From positions 1 through 64,000 of IMG/VR virus record IMGVR_UViG_3300042934_000594: a stretch of 64,000 nucleotides of DNA. The stretch is one strand, 5' to 3'. This document shows, in pieces, positions 45,888 through 56,093 of this stretch. Numbering within the stretch: the stretch's first letter is position 1; every line of letters starts with the position of its first letter. Both the position numbers and the translations under genes were made by a program. The notes beneath the pieces were generated by a model that was given only the letters and a program-made list of their open reading frames with translations, did not search any database and was not told the origin of the DNA.

Positions 45888-46181
45888 ATGAGCCGTACTT
45901 TGACTTGGGAACAAATCGTCAGTGCCGTCGACCGGCACGGCAACAGCGCCAATGGCCGTGAGGCCTGGGAAAATGAAGAAGACCTCGACACCGAGGAGAC
46001 TGCACTGATCGATGAAGACGACGGCGCAGTGATTGTGGTCGGCACCGACGATGGTGACGCCTGGATCAAAGAACACTCCTTGAAGTACCCTGATGGGGTA
46101 GTGGTCACGTACGAAAACGATCACCACCGCGAAACTTGCGTGCGTGATGTCCTGCCACGTTACATTGCTGATAAGCTCTAA
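45888..46181 (+). CDS. small acidic protein
   Basis: GAGGAG RBS; 24 D/E in 97 aa by hand count. Confidence 0.75.
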   Translation: MSRTLTWEQIVSAVDRHGNSANGREAWENEEDLDTEETALIDEDDGAVIVVGTDDGDAWIKEHSLKYPDGVVVTYENDHHRETCVRDVLPRYIADKL

Positions 46182-46189
46182 GGATTACC

Positions 46190-46498
46190 ATGGCTCTTGA
46201 ACCCTGTAATGACGATGTCTACAAGTACGGCGAAAGCTTAGGCTTCCACGACATGTCCAAAGAAAAGGCTGAAGAATACTGCAAGCAGCAAACCGAGGCA
46301 ACCGGTCGTCTGCACGACTGGCACTACGTCGGTGGTCGTGTGCACATCAAAGCCTTGCTCGCGTCGCCTGCCTCGGGTGACAGCGCATATGACGCTGCCG
46401 TGATCAAAGGTTACAAGGGTACGTTGGAGGAATGGAAGGTGGCTCTTGGAGCCGGTGCTTCTAAAGTTCTTCCTGACTCCAATACGGAGGCTTCCTAA
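46190..46498 (+). CDS. hypothetical protein with G.SAY..AV..G..GT.EEW motif
   Basis: AAGGA RBS; motif recalled from phage fibre/collagen-like proteins. Confidence 0.7.
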   Translation: MALEPCNDDVYKYGESLGFHDMSKEKAEEYCKQQTEATGRLHDWHYVGGRVHIKALLASPASGDSAYDAAVIKGYKGTLEEWKVALGAGASKVLPDSNTEAS

Positions 46499-46499
46499 C

Positions 46500-46889
46500 A
46501 TGGAACCTCCGGATCCGTGTCTGCGTAAAGAAGATGGTCTCCTGCGCTACTTGGCATGGAATGCAGTCGCCTTGCTACTGTTAGGGTTGTTCTACCTCTA
46601 CATGGGGTTGATCCGCCCGTTCTTCTATGCCGTGGCCTACGTACGCAGCTGGTACCGTTGGCGGCATCACCGTGACCTGGGGTACCTCACCCTCGATTCA
46701 TTGATCGGCGCTTACAGTGACCGTTCTTCGAGTCTGGTGGCCCGAGCGTTTATAGAAGCCCATGGCGACTTCGTGCACACGTACGAGTTCGCCATCCGTC
46801 CGGGTTACCACCCCGCGCACGCCGTCATCGTGCTGCGCCACGGTAGGGACTGGGTCAAGGTTCCCACCCGTAACACTAACGCCCGTTAG
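46500..46889 (+). CDS. hypothetical membrane protein
   Basis: GGAGG RBS; TM segment. Confidence 0.7.
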   Translation: MEPPDPCLRKEDGLLRYLAWNAVALLLLGLFYLYMGLIRPFFYAVAYVRSWYRWRHHRDLGYLTLDSLIGAYSDRSSSLVARAFIEAHGDFVHTYEFAIRPGYHPAHAVIVLRHGRDWVKVPTRNTNAR

Positions 46890-46927
46890 GACATAACGCC
46901 CTCCCCGGTTTGGGGAGGGCTTATGCC
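46890..46927. terminator. bidirectional GCCCTCCC-family hairpin
   Basis: gacataac-gccctcccc-ggttt-ggggagggc-ttatgcc between convergent genes. Confidence 0.7.
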
Positions 46928-46944
46928 GTCTCTTTCTTTTTTGT

Positions 46945-48585
46945 TTACTGACCGCGTTGACGAACCACCAAAGCAGTAGTCGCCAATTGCAGGTCGGTTT
47001 CGTACGTACGGCGCAACCATTGGATCAACAGCAACTCGCCGTTGGCCAAATCGTTGTTCACCACCAGGGCTTGGTTCCACTGGCTGACCGCAAACTCGTA
47101 CGTGTTGTGTGCAAACACGAGGCGGAAGTGCGTCGGGTCTGGTGCGATCGCTTCCAAGTCTGGGTTGTACAGCGGCTCGGTACGTTCGAACAAGGTCTTA
47201 AGCCACAGGGCCTGTTCAGTGATACCGTTGGCCAACCGCAGGCGCCAGGAGTTGGTGTTGACGTATTCCAGATCGGCGATGAGGTCGCGACCGTAGCCTT
47301 GCGCCTGGTTGGGGGTGAAGAACACTTCCCAGTTCGCCGTGTCGGCTCCACCGTTGAGCAGCGCGAGTTGCACGTTCTGCACATGACGGTGAGGGGCAAA
47401 GCGCCCGTCGACTTTGTTCAGGTCCAGCGCGTAGGTCATCTTTTGGATGACGCCAAATGCCAGAGGGTCGAACGCGTTCGAGTTGACGCCCAGCTCCACG
47501 TACGGCGTGACGTTGTAGAACGTCTGCCGGTCGAGGTTGTACATCCAGAACTCCAGGCGGTAGCCTTTGGCTGCGCTGACCCAGAACGGGTAAACGAACA
47601 GCTTGACTTCGTACGCACCGTCAGCCGTGGTGGTGGTTGCCGTGTAGTCCATGACCAACGAACGATCCAGCGCTGGAGTGAGGTTATACGACACCTCATC
47701 TTCAGCCAGGGTGTACTTGAGGACCAACGGGAACTTTTGACCGACTTCGGTAGCGATGTAGTCATTCAAGCCCAACAACTGGAACTTGGAGTTCTGCACC
47801 GACATGCGGTTCTTGGAACCGTCGCTGTAATACACGACGGCCGTCATCGGCAAGGACTCAACCGTGACGTTGATCGGGAACTCGATCGTCTGCGGATCAG
47901 CCGAGGACAGGAACGGTGATTCCAGGGCAATGGCCTTGATGTAACGCTTGGAGGTGTCAGCCTGACGGTTAGCCGAGGAGTTAACAATCACCAATTGGTT
48001 CTTGCTGGCCGGTGTTCCGTTGCGGTAAGGCACCAGTGTTACGATCTCACCGTTGCTCAACTGCTCGGAGGTAAAGCCCACCGAGGGAATACGCACGGTC
48101 TTGTGCAGCGCCCCTGGGATTTCCATTTCTTCAAATGGAACCGATTCACCCAGGAAGTTACCGGAGGGATCAAAGAACGTCGAGATGACTTTACCGAACT
48201 CCTCCGACGTGTCAGTCCCCAGGAACACCTTGTAATGCGTGACATCCGTGGCGTAGGTGTGCAGGCGCACATCAGGCGACAGGGTGTGTGGGGTGACGGT
48301 CTGATCCAGGAACGCACGGTACGACTCATCGATCGTTCCTGGCCCATGACCGGTCAAGGTCAGGGAGACCCCCTCTTCCGTTGGCTGGGTGGGAGCGAAC
48401 CAAGGGCGCATCTTCGATTCACCAGTGGTGTAGTCCACCTCGGTGATCAGGAAATCCCCTTGGTCTTCGTCAAAGAGCTTGTCCCCGACGTTAGGCACCC
48501 AGGGACCACCGAAGGAGACGACTTCGCCTCGAGCCCAGTAGTGAAAGCCGCGATCGGGATCGCGGTAGTTGGTTGAAGTTGGCAC
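46945..48585 (-). CDS. virion structural protein (phiKZ gp26-like)
   Basis: Size and position in the gp26-27-28 block divergent from the sheath gene; CAGGAG RBS, GTG start. Confidence 0.75.
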   Translation of the reverse strand: MPTSTNYRDPDRGFHYWARGEVVSFGGPWVPNVGDKLFDEDQGDFLITEVDYTTGESKMRPWFAPTQPTEEGVSLTLTGHGPGTIDESYRAFLDQTVTPHTLSPDVRLHTYATDVTHYKVFLGTDTSEEFGKVISTFFDPSGNFLGESVPFEEMEIPGALHKTVRIPSVGFTSEQLSNGEIVTLVPYRNGTPASKNQLVIVNSSANRQADTSKRYIKAIALESPFLSSADPQTIEFPINVTVESLPMTAVVYYSDGSKNRMSVQNSKFQLLGLNDYIATEVGQKFPLVLKYTLAEDEVSYNLTPALDRSLVMDYTATTTTADGAYEVKLFVYPFWVSAAKGYRLEFWMYNLDRQTFYNVTPYVELGVNSNAFDPLAFGVIQKMTYALDLNKVDGRFAPHRHVQNVQLALLNGGADTANWEVFFTPNQAQGYGRDLIADLEYVNTNSWRLRLANGITEQALWLKTLFERTEPLYNPDLEAIAPDPTHFRLVFAHNTYEFAVSQWNQALVVNNDLANGELLLIQWLRRTYETDLQLATTALVVRQRGQ

Positions 48586-48591
48586 CGGATG

Positions 48592-51288
48592 TTACTCCTG
48601 TAGATATACGAACACGGAGGTTTCGGGAACTTTGCGCAGGTACAGCTTGATCACCCGCTGGAAGAACGCCCACTGATACGTATTCAACGCCACCGGTGAC
48701 CCAAACCAATGTGGATAGACCATGACGTGGATCGGATCGTAGTCGTTGTTGCAGATGTCGAAGGGCACCAGCCATTCGTACGCTTTGCACCAGGTGCGAA
48801 TGTCTTGCTCGCTATAGAAGCCGGACGAGATTCCCTTGGGGTTGAGTACACCGGTCCGCAGGTCATGAAGGATTTTGTTCGTGAAGGCGGAAAACACGTG
48901 GTACGGTTCTTTAATAAAGTCAACACCCCGGTCTCGCGTGGGGTAGTACTGACTCATGTAGTCACTGACCATCTGGTCCCGAGCATCGTCCTCTTCCCGA
49001 GCCAGCTTATCACTGGTGTACACGTCCCTGAAGACGATCGGTGGGGTTTGGATGGTGTACGGAGCCCCGTTACGCTCGTTGGTGATGGTCAGGGCATTAA
49101 GCTGCTCCTCGAACACCAACTCTTTTGCGTCACGGTAATGGCCGTCAATCACTACGCGCTGAACCTTGTGCGTGTGGATGTCGTAACGGTGGTCGTTAGA
49201 CAGCACCCCGTGTTCGACAAAGCCCACTTCACTGGGTGGGTAACGCGTCATGTCGTCGTTGCAGAACCCGTGGCCACGGAGCATGACGTTGGTGACGTCA
49301 GTGCCCAAGTACTCCAGGTTATTGATCACCACTTGCGGCCAGCGCACGAAGTAATCCAACCCCTCGATCAGGGTACGCCAGCGTTGACCTGCCCCTGGCT
49401 GCACCAGGATGTCCAGTTGCCCGAACGGGATGTCCATCAGCTGGTAGGTTTTGAGGTCCGAATGGATCTCGTCACTGGCCACTGAGAAACGGATCACCCC
49501 CGCTGACTTGTTAAAGGTCAGGGTATCCAGGAAGAACTGATCGTCCTGACGCACGGCACCCATGTACCGGGTAGCGTCTACGGACCACACCCAGCGGTGC
49601 ACGTCCTGGGTTTCATCCAGGAAGCCGTACTTGGCCAGATCCGGGGATTCGGTGATGTCCACCCAATCGCCCTTGGGCTCGCCACCCCACACCGAGCTGA
49701 TGTACAGTCGGTAGTTGTAACCGGTGCGCAGGGTAACAGGCTTGGTGCCGTAGACCGTGTTGAGCGCCTGACCCCCGTAACCTGTGATGGCTTCAACCCG
49801 GACGCAGGCCAGGTTGCGGACCATCCACTGTCGACCGCCGGAATGGTAGTAGTGATCGATCAACAATCCTTTGTCATCGTACTCAAAGATCGTGGCGTTT
49901 TGCCAGTGCTCATAGCACAGGTCTGCCCAACGGTAGCCATCCTTGGCGTAGACCGAACTTGGGGTGTTGGCCAGGATCTCAGCCGCTGCGTGGTAGCCGA
50001 AGACGTCCCCTACGAAGTTGTTGGCTTCTTCCTTACCAGGGGTGACGTCATCAGGGCGAAAGAAAGCAATCGGGTAGATGAACTTAGCGTCCGCCGACAT
50101 GAAGCGCACGTAAGGGCACATCTCCAACTGCGCCGCTTGCCAGAGTGGGTTGCTCGATTCCAACCCAGTCAGGGCGCGCACCACTTGTGCATCGGTGAGC
50201 TTATACAGCTCTTGGATGCGGTTGGCTTCAGCGACCAACGGACGTTCGTAGCCTGAGTGACGCAGGTACACCCGCACCGTCAGATCAGACGCTGACTTCC
50301 AGTCGTCCGCCGGCCAGCGTACGTTGTCGATGGCATTGCGAGGGTCTGGGGTGTGGGTTCGGACAAAGCCTTCCACGCGGGCTACAGGGATGCTGTAGTC
50401 TTTGTGTGTGACCATGCGCAACCACTCACCTTCGTTGTGGTGGTAATACACCCCCATGAACCGACCAGCCTGGGCTTGCGGCCGAAGCAGGTAGATGTCG
50501 ATGTCATCGAGGTAGTCAATCGACTTCGCACTGGGGTCGTTGTAATGGAGTAGGTACTTGCGCGCCTTGTCCAGCACCGAGGTGAAGGTGGGCAGCTGCG
50601 GTACCTGGAACTCCAGCAGACGCTTGATCGAGGAATCCAGCACCAACTCCACCACGTCACCGATGGTTGCAGTGGTGAGGTTGATCCCTTGCACAAACCG
50701 GCCGTTGACGAAGTACAGGGGGAAGCCCCCTTTCGCGGCGACCAGGTCATCGACTGCGTGTTGGAAGCGCAGCAATTCCGCCTGGGTGGTCACCCGCAGC
50801 CCCATGACATCCACATAGCGCTTGGCTGCAAGGTCAGAGCGACCTGACTGGTAATAGGCGTTGGAGTAGAAGCGCAGGTACAGGTCTTGGTCATCCAGGT
50901 CGATGATCCGTGGGTTGATCTTGCACGCCACAATCAGGTTCCGGTTGGCGGTGACCAACACGTAGGACTCAAAGCGTGGGAACTGCAACCCGTTGGTCAC
51001 GTACAGGTCAGTGAGCAGTTGGTCACTGATGGCCATGGAAGCCAGCGAGACCCATTGGTTGATCCGGGTCGGCATGCCCAATAGCTTGGGCACCACCTGA
51101 CCAATTTGATACACGTGCCAGTAATCATCACTGGTAGGCAACCGGTAGCGCTCGTAGTTAACGGGCCAGGTGCCGCGAGCACCGTACCGAGGGGTGAGTT
51201 GCGCCAGCTTATAAACGTACTGGCGGTCCTGACCCGGGTTGCACCAGACGTTGGCAATCGCGTGACGTAACAGGTAATCGTTCATCAC
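48592..51288 (-). CDS. virion structural protein (phiKZ gp27-like)
   Basis: 898 aa; starts DYLLRHAIANVWC.P.QDRQ; synteny. Confidence 0.8.
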   Translation of the reverse strand: MMNDYLLRHAIANVWCNPGQDRQYVYKLAQLTPRYGARGTWPVNYERYRLPTSDDYWHVYQIGQVVPKLLGMPTRINQWVSLASMAISDQLLTDLYVTNGLQFPRFESYVLVTANRNLIVACKINPRIIDLDDQDLYLRFYSNAYYQSGRSDLAAKRYVDVMGLRVTTQAELLRFQHAVDDLVAAKGGFPLYFVNGRFVQGINLTTATIGDVVELVLDSSIKRLLEFQVPQLPTFTSVLDKARKYLLHYNDPSAKSIDYLDDIDIYLLRPQAQAGRFMGVYYHHNEGEWLRMVTHKDYSIPVARVEGFVRTHTPDPRNAIDNVRWPADDWKSASDLTVRVYLRHSGYERPLVAEANRIQELYKLTDAQVVRALTGLESSNPLWQAAQLEMCPYVRFMSADAKFIYPIAFFRPDDVTPGKEEANNFVGDVFGYHAAAEILANTPSSVYAKDGYRWADLCYEHWQNATIFEYDDKGLLIDHYYHSGGRQWMVRNLACVRVEAITGYGGQALNTVYGTKPVTLRTGYNYRLYISSVWGGEPKGDWVDITESPDLAKYGFLDETQDVHRWVWSVDATRYMGAVRQDDQFFLDTLTFNKSAGVIRFSVASDEIHSDLKTYQLMDIPFGQLDILVQPGAGQRWRTLIEGLDYFVRWPQVVINNLEYLGTDVTNVMLRGHGFCNDDMTRYPPSEVGFVEHGVLSNDHRYDIHTHKVQRVVIDGHYRDAKELVFEEQLNALTITNERNGAPYTIQTPPIVFRDVYTSDKLAREEDDARDQMVSDYMSQYYPTRDRGVDFIKEPYHVFSAFTNKILHDLRTGVLNPKGISSGFYSEQDIRTWCKAYEWLVPFDICNNDYDPIHVMVYPHWFGSPVALNTYQWAFFQRVIKLYLRKVPETSVFVYLQE

Positions 51289-51300
51289 CGCCCCCTGGGG

Positions 51301-52236
51301 TTATTCGAAGTGTTCTGCCACGTGCCGGGAAACCAGGTCCGTGAAAGCTTTAAGGTCGTTAGGTCGACCTGCGGTTTCAGCCCGACGGGCCAAAACTGTT
51401 TTACGGTATGAGCGTTCATCGAGTGCGCTATACGCCATCGCAATAAAGGTGGGTAGATGCTCCATTGCCACCCCTACGTTTTCCCGGCCGTTGTGTCCGC
51501 CCCATGAAGCGGCCAACAGTTTGTAAACGTCGGCGTACTTGATCGCGTTCAAACGAATCGTTCCAGCGTGCTCTGCCAGTTCCCGGGCCAGTGCGCTTGC
51601 GTCAGGCATCGGTCCAATGCGCTCAGCATAATCGAGCACGGTGTTCAGAGGCGCCATCGTGGCACGAGAGATCATCGGTGCAAGCCGATGGCGTTCGTCC
51701 ACCGACGCCAAGCTTTCCGCGCCATTGACCATGCCGTAATAGTAGTAGCCACAGATGATCGACACCGCGATCTGCGTATCGAGTGGCAGGTTGAAACTGC
51801 TGGCCAGTTGTACTGTGATCCAGCGCACGAATATTTTCGCCGGGACGTCACCCAACCGGTTGAAAACCCGCAAGTCTCCATCCATTAACCGAAGGGTCAA
51901 AGCCATTCGAATGCACTGAAAGGTGTAATCGTTTTCAGCAGTCAGACGGTATGTATCCGAACGTGGTTCCCAGCGCATATAAGGCCGGGCATCAATGACG
52001 AGTTTAGGGTTCACAGCATCGCCCATGTTGAGAAACTGGGTAAAGCTGGGCACGTCCTGATGCTCGTCCCGCGGAGTAATGAACACTGCGCCGGCCAGTA
52101 GGTTGCCGGCCGGTGTTTTGACACGCGGAAGCGGGTAGTCCAGATCTGCGCGACGGATCGCATTGAGTGTTCGCTCCAGCGACGGTTCGGGGTACAGACC
52201 CCGGCACAGTGTGGTCTGGTAGGGTAATGTTAGCAT
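51301..52236 (-). CDS. virion structural protein (phiKZ gp28-like)
   Basis: PY.TT.C N-terminus, LEH.PTF.A motif, synteny. Confidence 0.75.
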   Translation of the reverse strand: MLTLPYQTTLCRGLYPEPSLERTLNAIRRADLDYPLPRVKTPAGNLLAGAVFITPRDEHQDVPSFTQFLNMGDAVNPKLVIDARPYMRWEPRSDTYRLTAENDYTFQCIRMALTLRLMDGDLRVFNRLGDVPAKIFVRWITVQLASSFNLPLDTQIAVSIICGYYYYGMVNGAESLASVDERHRLAPMISRATMAPLNTVLDYAERIGPMPDASALARELAEHAGTIRLNAIKYADVYKLLAASWGGHNGRENVGVAMEHLPTFIAMAYSALDERSYRKTVLARRAETAGRPNDLKAFTDLVSRHVAEHFE

Positions 52237-52372
52237 GACCTGGGCTTCCAAAAGGGTTGTGAAAAATAACTAACGTTACTTCTATGCGCAGTTATTGGTT
52301 AATATTTATGGATTGACTGTAGTTAACGCTCATAACATCGAGTTGCTTTGCTCCAAACCTGGGAGATACACA

Positions 52373-54463
52373 ATGGGTACCACGAACGCCTCTCCAAAGA
52401 TTGTCTTTGGGGGTATCGACGATCAGTCCCGGCGGCCGCTCGCGCGTCCCGCTGTGACTTTCGCGCAACACGCCCCGCTGCTCCGTCTGTTTGCTCAGAC
52501 CGGGCCTGAGACCACTGAATGGGTGGGCACCGAATCTGGTGGTTTCGCTTCACTCTACGGTGCGCTGACCCTGGCCCGTCGTGGTCAGTATTACAACCTT
52601 CAGTCGATGCTGGCTGAAAAGCTCCTGGGTGAGGGTAACGGCTTTGCAGTCAAACGCCTGATTCCAGACGATGCGCCTGCACCTGCGCGCATCATCATCG
52701 CACTCGAGCTGGTGCGTGACGCCATCCCTGCCACGACCGTGGCGCTGTCTGGGTTTGACTACCCGGAAGATGTGGCTGACGTCAGCGGTAATACCGCTCA
52801 AGCTCAAGCCGTCGGCGACACCGTCAATGGCCTGCGTGCTCGCATCATCACCATCCAGGACAACCAGTCGGGCGTGGGTAAGCAACGCGTTCTGCCAGGT
52901 ACTCTGGTGGCTGAATCCGATTCGACTCAGTCGATGGTTTACCCGCTGTTCGAATTGCCGGCTTCTTTTGTCGGCAGTGGCGGTAACCTGCTCGGCTGGC
53001 GCGCATGGGCGCCCACCACGCAAGACGACATCGGTTTCGACGAAACCACCGCTGCTCAGTTCAAGACCCGCATGTACCGCATGCAGTTCTTGCAGCGTGC
53101 CACCAGCTCGGCTTCCCCGGCTGTGGTCAAGACTGCCCTGGGTGACGACTACGTTGACGTCTGCTTCACTGAAGGCGCCTACAGCGAGTCCACTGACAAA
53201 GAATACTACATCGGCCAGACGCTTGTTCAAGCGTACAAGGACGACGGTTTGGACAGCGGCCTGGCGCCCCTGTACTCCCCGTTCGAAAAGATCTACGTCT
53301 ATAAGGACAACATCAAAACTGTCCAGGACCTGATCTACGAAGTAGAGCTGGAAGTCAACCCGGCTGCTCAGGCCCTGATCGCGGCCCCTGGCCAGATCGA
53401 TTTCCTGACCGGTACCGGTATCGACGGCGACCTGTACCAGGGCATCCTGTTCGAAGGTCCGCTCAACGGCGGCATCAAGCTGGGTGACCAGACCACTGTT
53501 TATGCAGTGGGTGGCGGTGACGGTACCACCGACCTCGCCATGTACGAGAAGTTGGTCAACCTGGAAAACGACAACTTCGGTCAGCTCAAAGACCAGTACG
53601 AAAACTTGGCGGTCTTCCCGTTCACTCGTCTGTACGACACTGGCCTGTCCATGGACGGCAAGTATCGCATGATGGGTGTGCTGGGCAAGCGTCAGGACCT
53701 GATGCTGACCTTCACCACGTACGTGGAAGCAGAAGGTGTGGCACCGACGGCGTCTGAAGAGCTGTCCCGTGCGCAAGCCCTGACCACGCGTCTGAAGGCG
53801 TTCCCTGAGTCGACGCTGTATGGCACTCCAGTGTGCCGTGCTGAAATCATCATGCAAACCGGTTACCTGGCAGGCGGTGGTTACACCAAGCCTGTGCCAC
53901 AGGTCATCGACTACGCCGTACGTTGGGCTCGCTTCGGCGGTGCTGGCAGCGGCAAGATGCGTGAAGGCTTCGACATCGACGTCAGCCCGAACAACCGTGT
54001 GACTGAGATCAAAGACCACAACGTCAAGTATTTCAACGCACGGGCGCAATCCAACGCCTGGGTCAACGGTGGTTCGTACTCGTTGTCTTACGACAACCGC
54101 AGCATGTACTACCCGGCGATCCACACCGTCTACAACGACGACACCTCGGTGTTGACCTCGCCGATCACCACGTCGATCTGCTGCGACCTGATGCGCCTGT
54201 CGCGTCTGGTACACGCTGATTTCTCCGGTAACGCCAAGCTGACCGATGAGCAATTCATCGAGCGCTGCGATGCGCGCCTGCTGGCTCTGGTGGACGGTCG
54301 TTACAACGGTCGTGTGGACCTGGTACCCACCACGTACTTCACCGCTGATGACAAGAACAATGGCTTCAGCTGGCACGTGAAGTGGGAAGTCCGTGCGAGC
54401 GTGCCTCGTACCGTGATGTACCTGGACATCATCACCGAACGTCGGGACTCCGTTGCGGCGTAA
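52373..54463 (+). CDS. tail sheath protein (phiKZ gp29-like)
   Basis: NA.PKIVFGGIDD.S, QH.PL, YDTG; 696 aa upstream of tube gene. Confidence 0.88.
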   Translation: MGTTNASPKIVFGGIDDQSRRPLARPAVTFAQHAPLLRLFAQTGPETTEWVGTESGGFASLYGALTLARRGQYYNLQSMLAEKLLGEGNGFAVKRLIPDDAPAPARIIIALELVRDAIPATTVALSGFDYPEDVADVSGNTAQAQAVGDTVNGLRARIITIQDNQSGVGKQRVLPGTLVAESDSTQSMVYPLFELPASFVGSGGNLLGWRAWAPTTQDDIGFDETTAAQFKTRMYRMQFLQRATSSASPAVVKTALGDDYVDVCFTEGAYSESTDKEYYIGQTLVQAYKDDGLDSGLAPLYSPFEKIYVYKDNIKTVQDLIYEVELEVNPAAQALIAAPGQIDFLTGTGIDGDLYQGILFEGPLNGGIKLGDQTTVYAVGGGDGTTDLAMYEKLVNLENDNFGQLKDQYENLAVFPFTRLYDTGLSMDGKYRMMGVLGKRQDLMLTFTTYVEAEGVAPTASEELSRAQALTTRLKAFPESTLYGTPVCRAEIIMQTGYLAGGGYTKPVPQVIDYAVRWARFGGAGSGKMREGFDIDVSPNNRVTEIKDHNVKYFNARAQSNAWVNGGSYSLSYDNRSMYYPAIHTVYNDDTSVLTSPITTSICCDLMRLSRLVHADFSGNAKLTDEQFIERCDARLLALVDGRYNGRVDLVPTTYFTADDKNNGFSWHVKWEVRASVPRTVMYLDIITERRDSVAA

Positions 54464-54490
54464 GCCGCAACACCTTTAGAGGATTACACA

Positions 54491-55354
54491 ATGTCGCGCT
54501 ATACCAGTCCCTTCGTTGGACAAACCGGGTACGGTCGCGGTCAGGCAGACAACACCATCAACCTGGCGCAAGCCGGTACGATGCAGTTTGCTCCAGACTT
54601 GGCCAACATCGCCTCCAACACGCCGTACGTGCGGCGCAACGTCATCCCTTTCTTGATCGAGGCACCACGCTTCTTCCAATTCACCTCCAACCCTGAGTTG
54701 ATGGTGCGTTGCCTGAAGGCCATGATCGAGAACCACACGCGTACCATCGATGGTCTGAACCAACAGATCAACGTGGACCTGGCTGAAGCGCCATACGGCG
54801 GTTCGGGCGAGCGCATCCAGGTGGCGACCAACGTCACCCGTGCAACCTCGGCCCCAAGCCATGGCATGTGGGAACTGCAAGGTCGTGCGGTGAGCCGCTT
54901 CATCAAGTGGTGGATCACCTACGGTATCGGCGACGAAAACACCAAGGTGCCTTTGGTGGTTGCAGACGGTCAGGTGAAAGCCTCCGACTACGACGCAACC
55001 TTCTACGGCGCCACCGTGCTGTACGTCGAGCCGGATCCGACCTTCACTCAGGTGGTCAGTGCCTGGTTGTGCACCAACATGTTCCCGACGGCGACTCCGC
55101 CATGGGAAGGTGGTAAGGACGCTTCGATTCTCGGTCAAAACCTCGACATCACCCTCGAGTTCACCGCGATCGCAGACGTCTCGATCGGTACTCAACTGTT
55201 CGCCCAGCAGCTGCTGCAAAGCCTGTCGGTCGGCGGTCTGAACCCGAACGAGAACAAGCTGTGGCTCGAATCGATCTCGGCCGACGTGAAAGCGGCGACC
55301 AACGGTATCGAGAACCAGCTCGAAGAAGGCGCGGCCAACCGCATCAGCTTCTAA
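54491..55354 (+). CDS. tail tube protein (phiKZ gp30-like)
   Basis: [23 protein letters not shown]; follows sheath. Confidence 0.85.
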   Translation: MSRYTSPFVGQTGYGRGQADNTINLAQAGTMQFAPDLANIASNTPYVRRNVIPFLIEAPRFFQFTSNPELMVRCLKAMIENHTRTIDGLNQQINVDLAEAPYGGSGERIQVATNVTRATSAPSHGMWELQGRAVSRFIKWWITYGIGDENTKVPLVVADGQVKASDYDATFYGATVLYVEPDPTFTQVVSAWLCTNMFPTATPPWEGGKDASILGQNLDITLEFTAIADVSIGTQLFAQQLLQSLSVGGLNPNENKLWLESISADVKAATNGIENQLEEGAANRISF

Positions 55355-55364
55355 GGAGTAAGGT

Positions 55365-55535
55365 ATGGCAAATCCAACCACTCCGGTTCAGACCGGTCAA
55401 GACGGCACCACCAAACCTGCGGCTGCGTCCTACGCAGACCTCGTCGGTTCCAGTGTGGCCAAGGCGACCAATGGCATTGCTTCTCAACTGGCTGCCGGGG
55501 CGAAAGCACGGGCAACGGTGAGCAAGCCGTCCTAA
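55365..55535 (+). CDS. 56-aa protein resembling the tail-tube C-terminal helix
   Basis: AAGGAG RBS, ATG 55365, TAA 55533-55535; VAKATNGIASQLAAGAKAR vs tube [19 protein letters not shown]; missed by ORF track. Confidence 0.75.
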   Translation: MANPTTPVQTGQDGTTKPAAASYADLVGSSVAKATNGIASQLAAGAKARATVSKPS

Positions 55536-55539
55536 CACG

Positions 55540-55569
55540 AAGGCCTCCCTTCGGGGAGGCTTTTGTGCC
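55540..55569 (+). terminator. GCCTCCC-family hairpin closing the sheath-tube operon
   Basis: gcctccc-ttcg-gggaggc-ttttgtg. Confidence 0.75.
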
Positions 55570-55588
55570 GTCACAAGAATCACCTCGC

Positions 55589-55601
55589 TGCCTTATATGA
55601 C
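55589..55601 (+). promoter_or_regulatory. candidate early promoter (TGCCTTATATGAC)
   Basis: Motif family member between terminator and next gene. Confidence 0.35.
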
Positions 55602-55626
55602 ACGTACCCCCACCCCTGGAGTCAAC

Positions 55627-56055
55627 ATGCCTACAACCTTCGTTATCGGTGTGCGCACGCACAACGTCACGCCTGAAGACTTGCCCGGCTTTGCCCGTAC
55701 GTTCGACTTAGAAGACCGCATCCCACATGAAGCTCCGGTCAATGTGTTTGCCGGTTACATCCTGGGGGAACAGACCTGGGTGATCAGCTTTCCAACCGTG
55801 CACGTAGACATTGATACCCTGCACTTTATCTGGGACGAAAACCTGGAAGACCAGGCCCACACCATGCGGTGGGTGGCGCACTGGCAAGAACTCTTTGGTG
55901 GTGTGTGCACCGGTTATCAATGGAGCGGTACCCGAAGCCATACTACGCTGGTGGGGTACAACACCATTCGCCTGCTGCATCAGATGGTGCAGTGGAAAAT
56001 TGAATCCGGGGCTGAAGACCGGGCGGAACGGTTGCCGTGGGACCTGATTCACTGA
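55627..56055 (+). CDS. hypothetical protein
   Basis: GGAG RBS. Confidence 0.7.
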   Translation: MPTTFVIGVRTHNVTPEDLPGFARTFDLEDRIPHEAPVNVFAGYILGEQTWVISFPTVHVDIDTLHFIWDENLEDQAHTMRWVAHWQELFGGVCTGYQWSGTRSHTTLVGYNTIRLLHQMVQWKIESGAEDRAERLPWDLIH

Positions 56056-56057
56056 CA

Positions 56058-56091
56058 GCATAAAGCGCCTCCCTACGGGGAGGCGTCTATG
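56058..56091. terminator. bidirectional GCCTCCC-family hairpin
   Basis: gcataaagc-gcctccc-tacg-gggaggcg-tctatg between convergent genes. Confidence 0.7.
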
Positions 56092-56093
56092 AC

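Noticed and set aside
46957-50256. Long + strand ORFs antisense to the gp26/gp27-like genes
   Set aside because: Shadow ORFs with no motifs; the - strand genes fit phiKZ synteny
52550-54376. 608-aa antisense ORF over the tail sheath gene
   Set aside because: Mirror of strong C-ending codon bias on the coding strand; no RBS or motif
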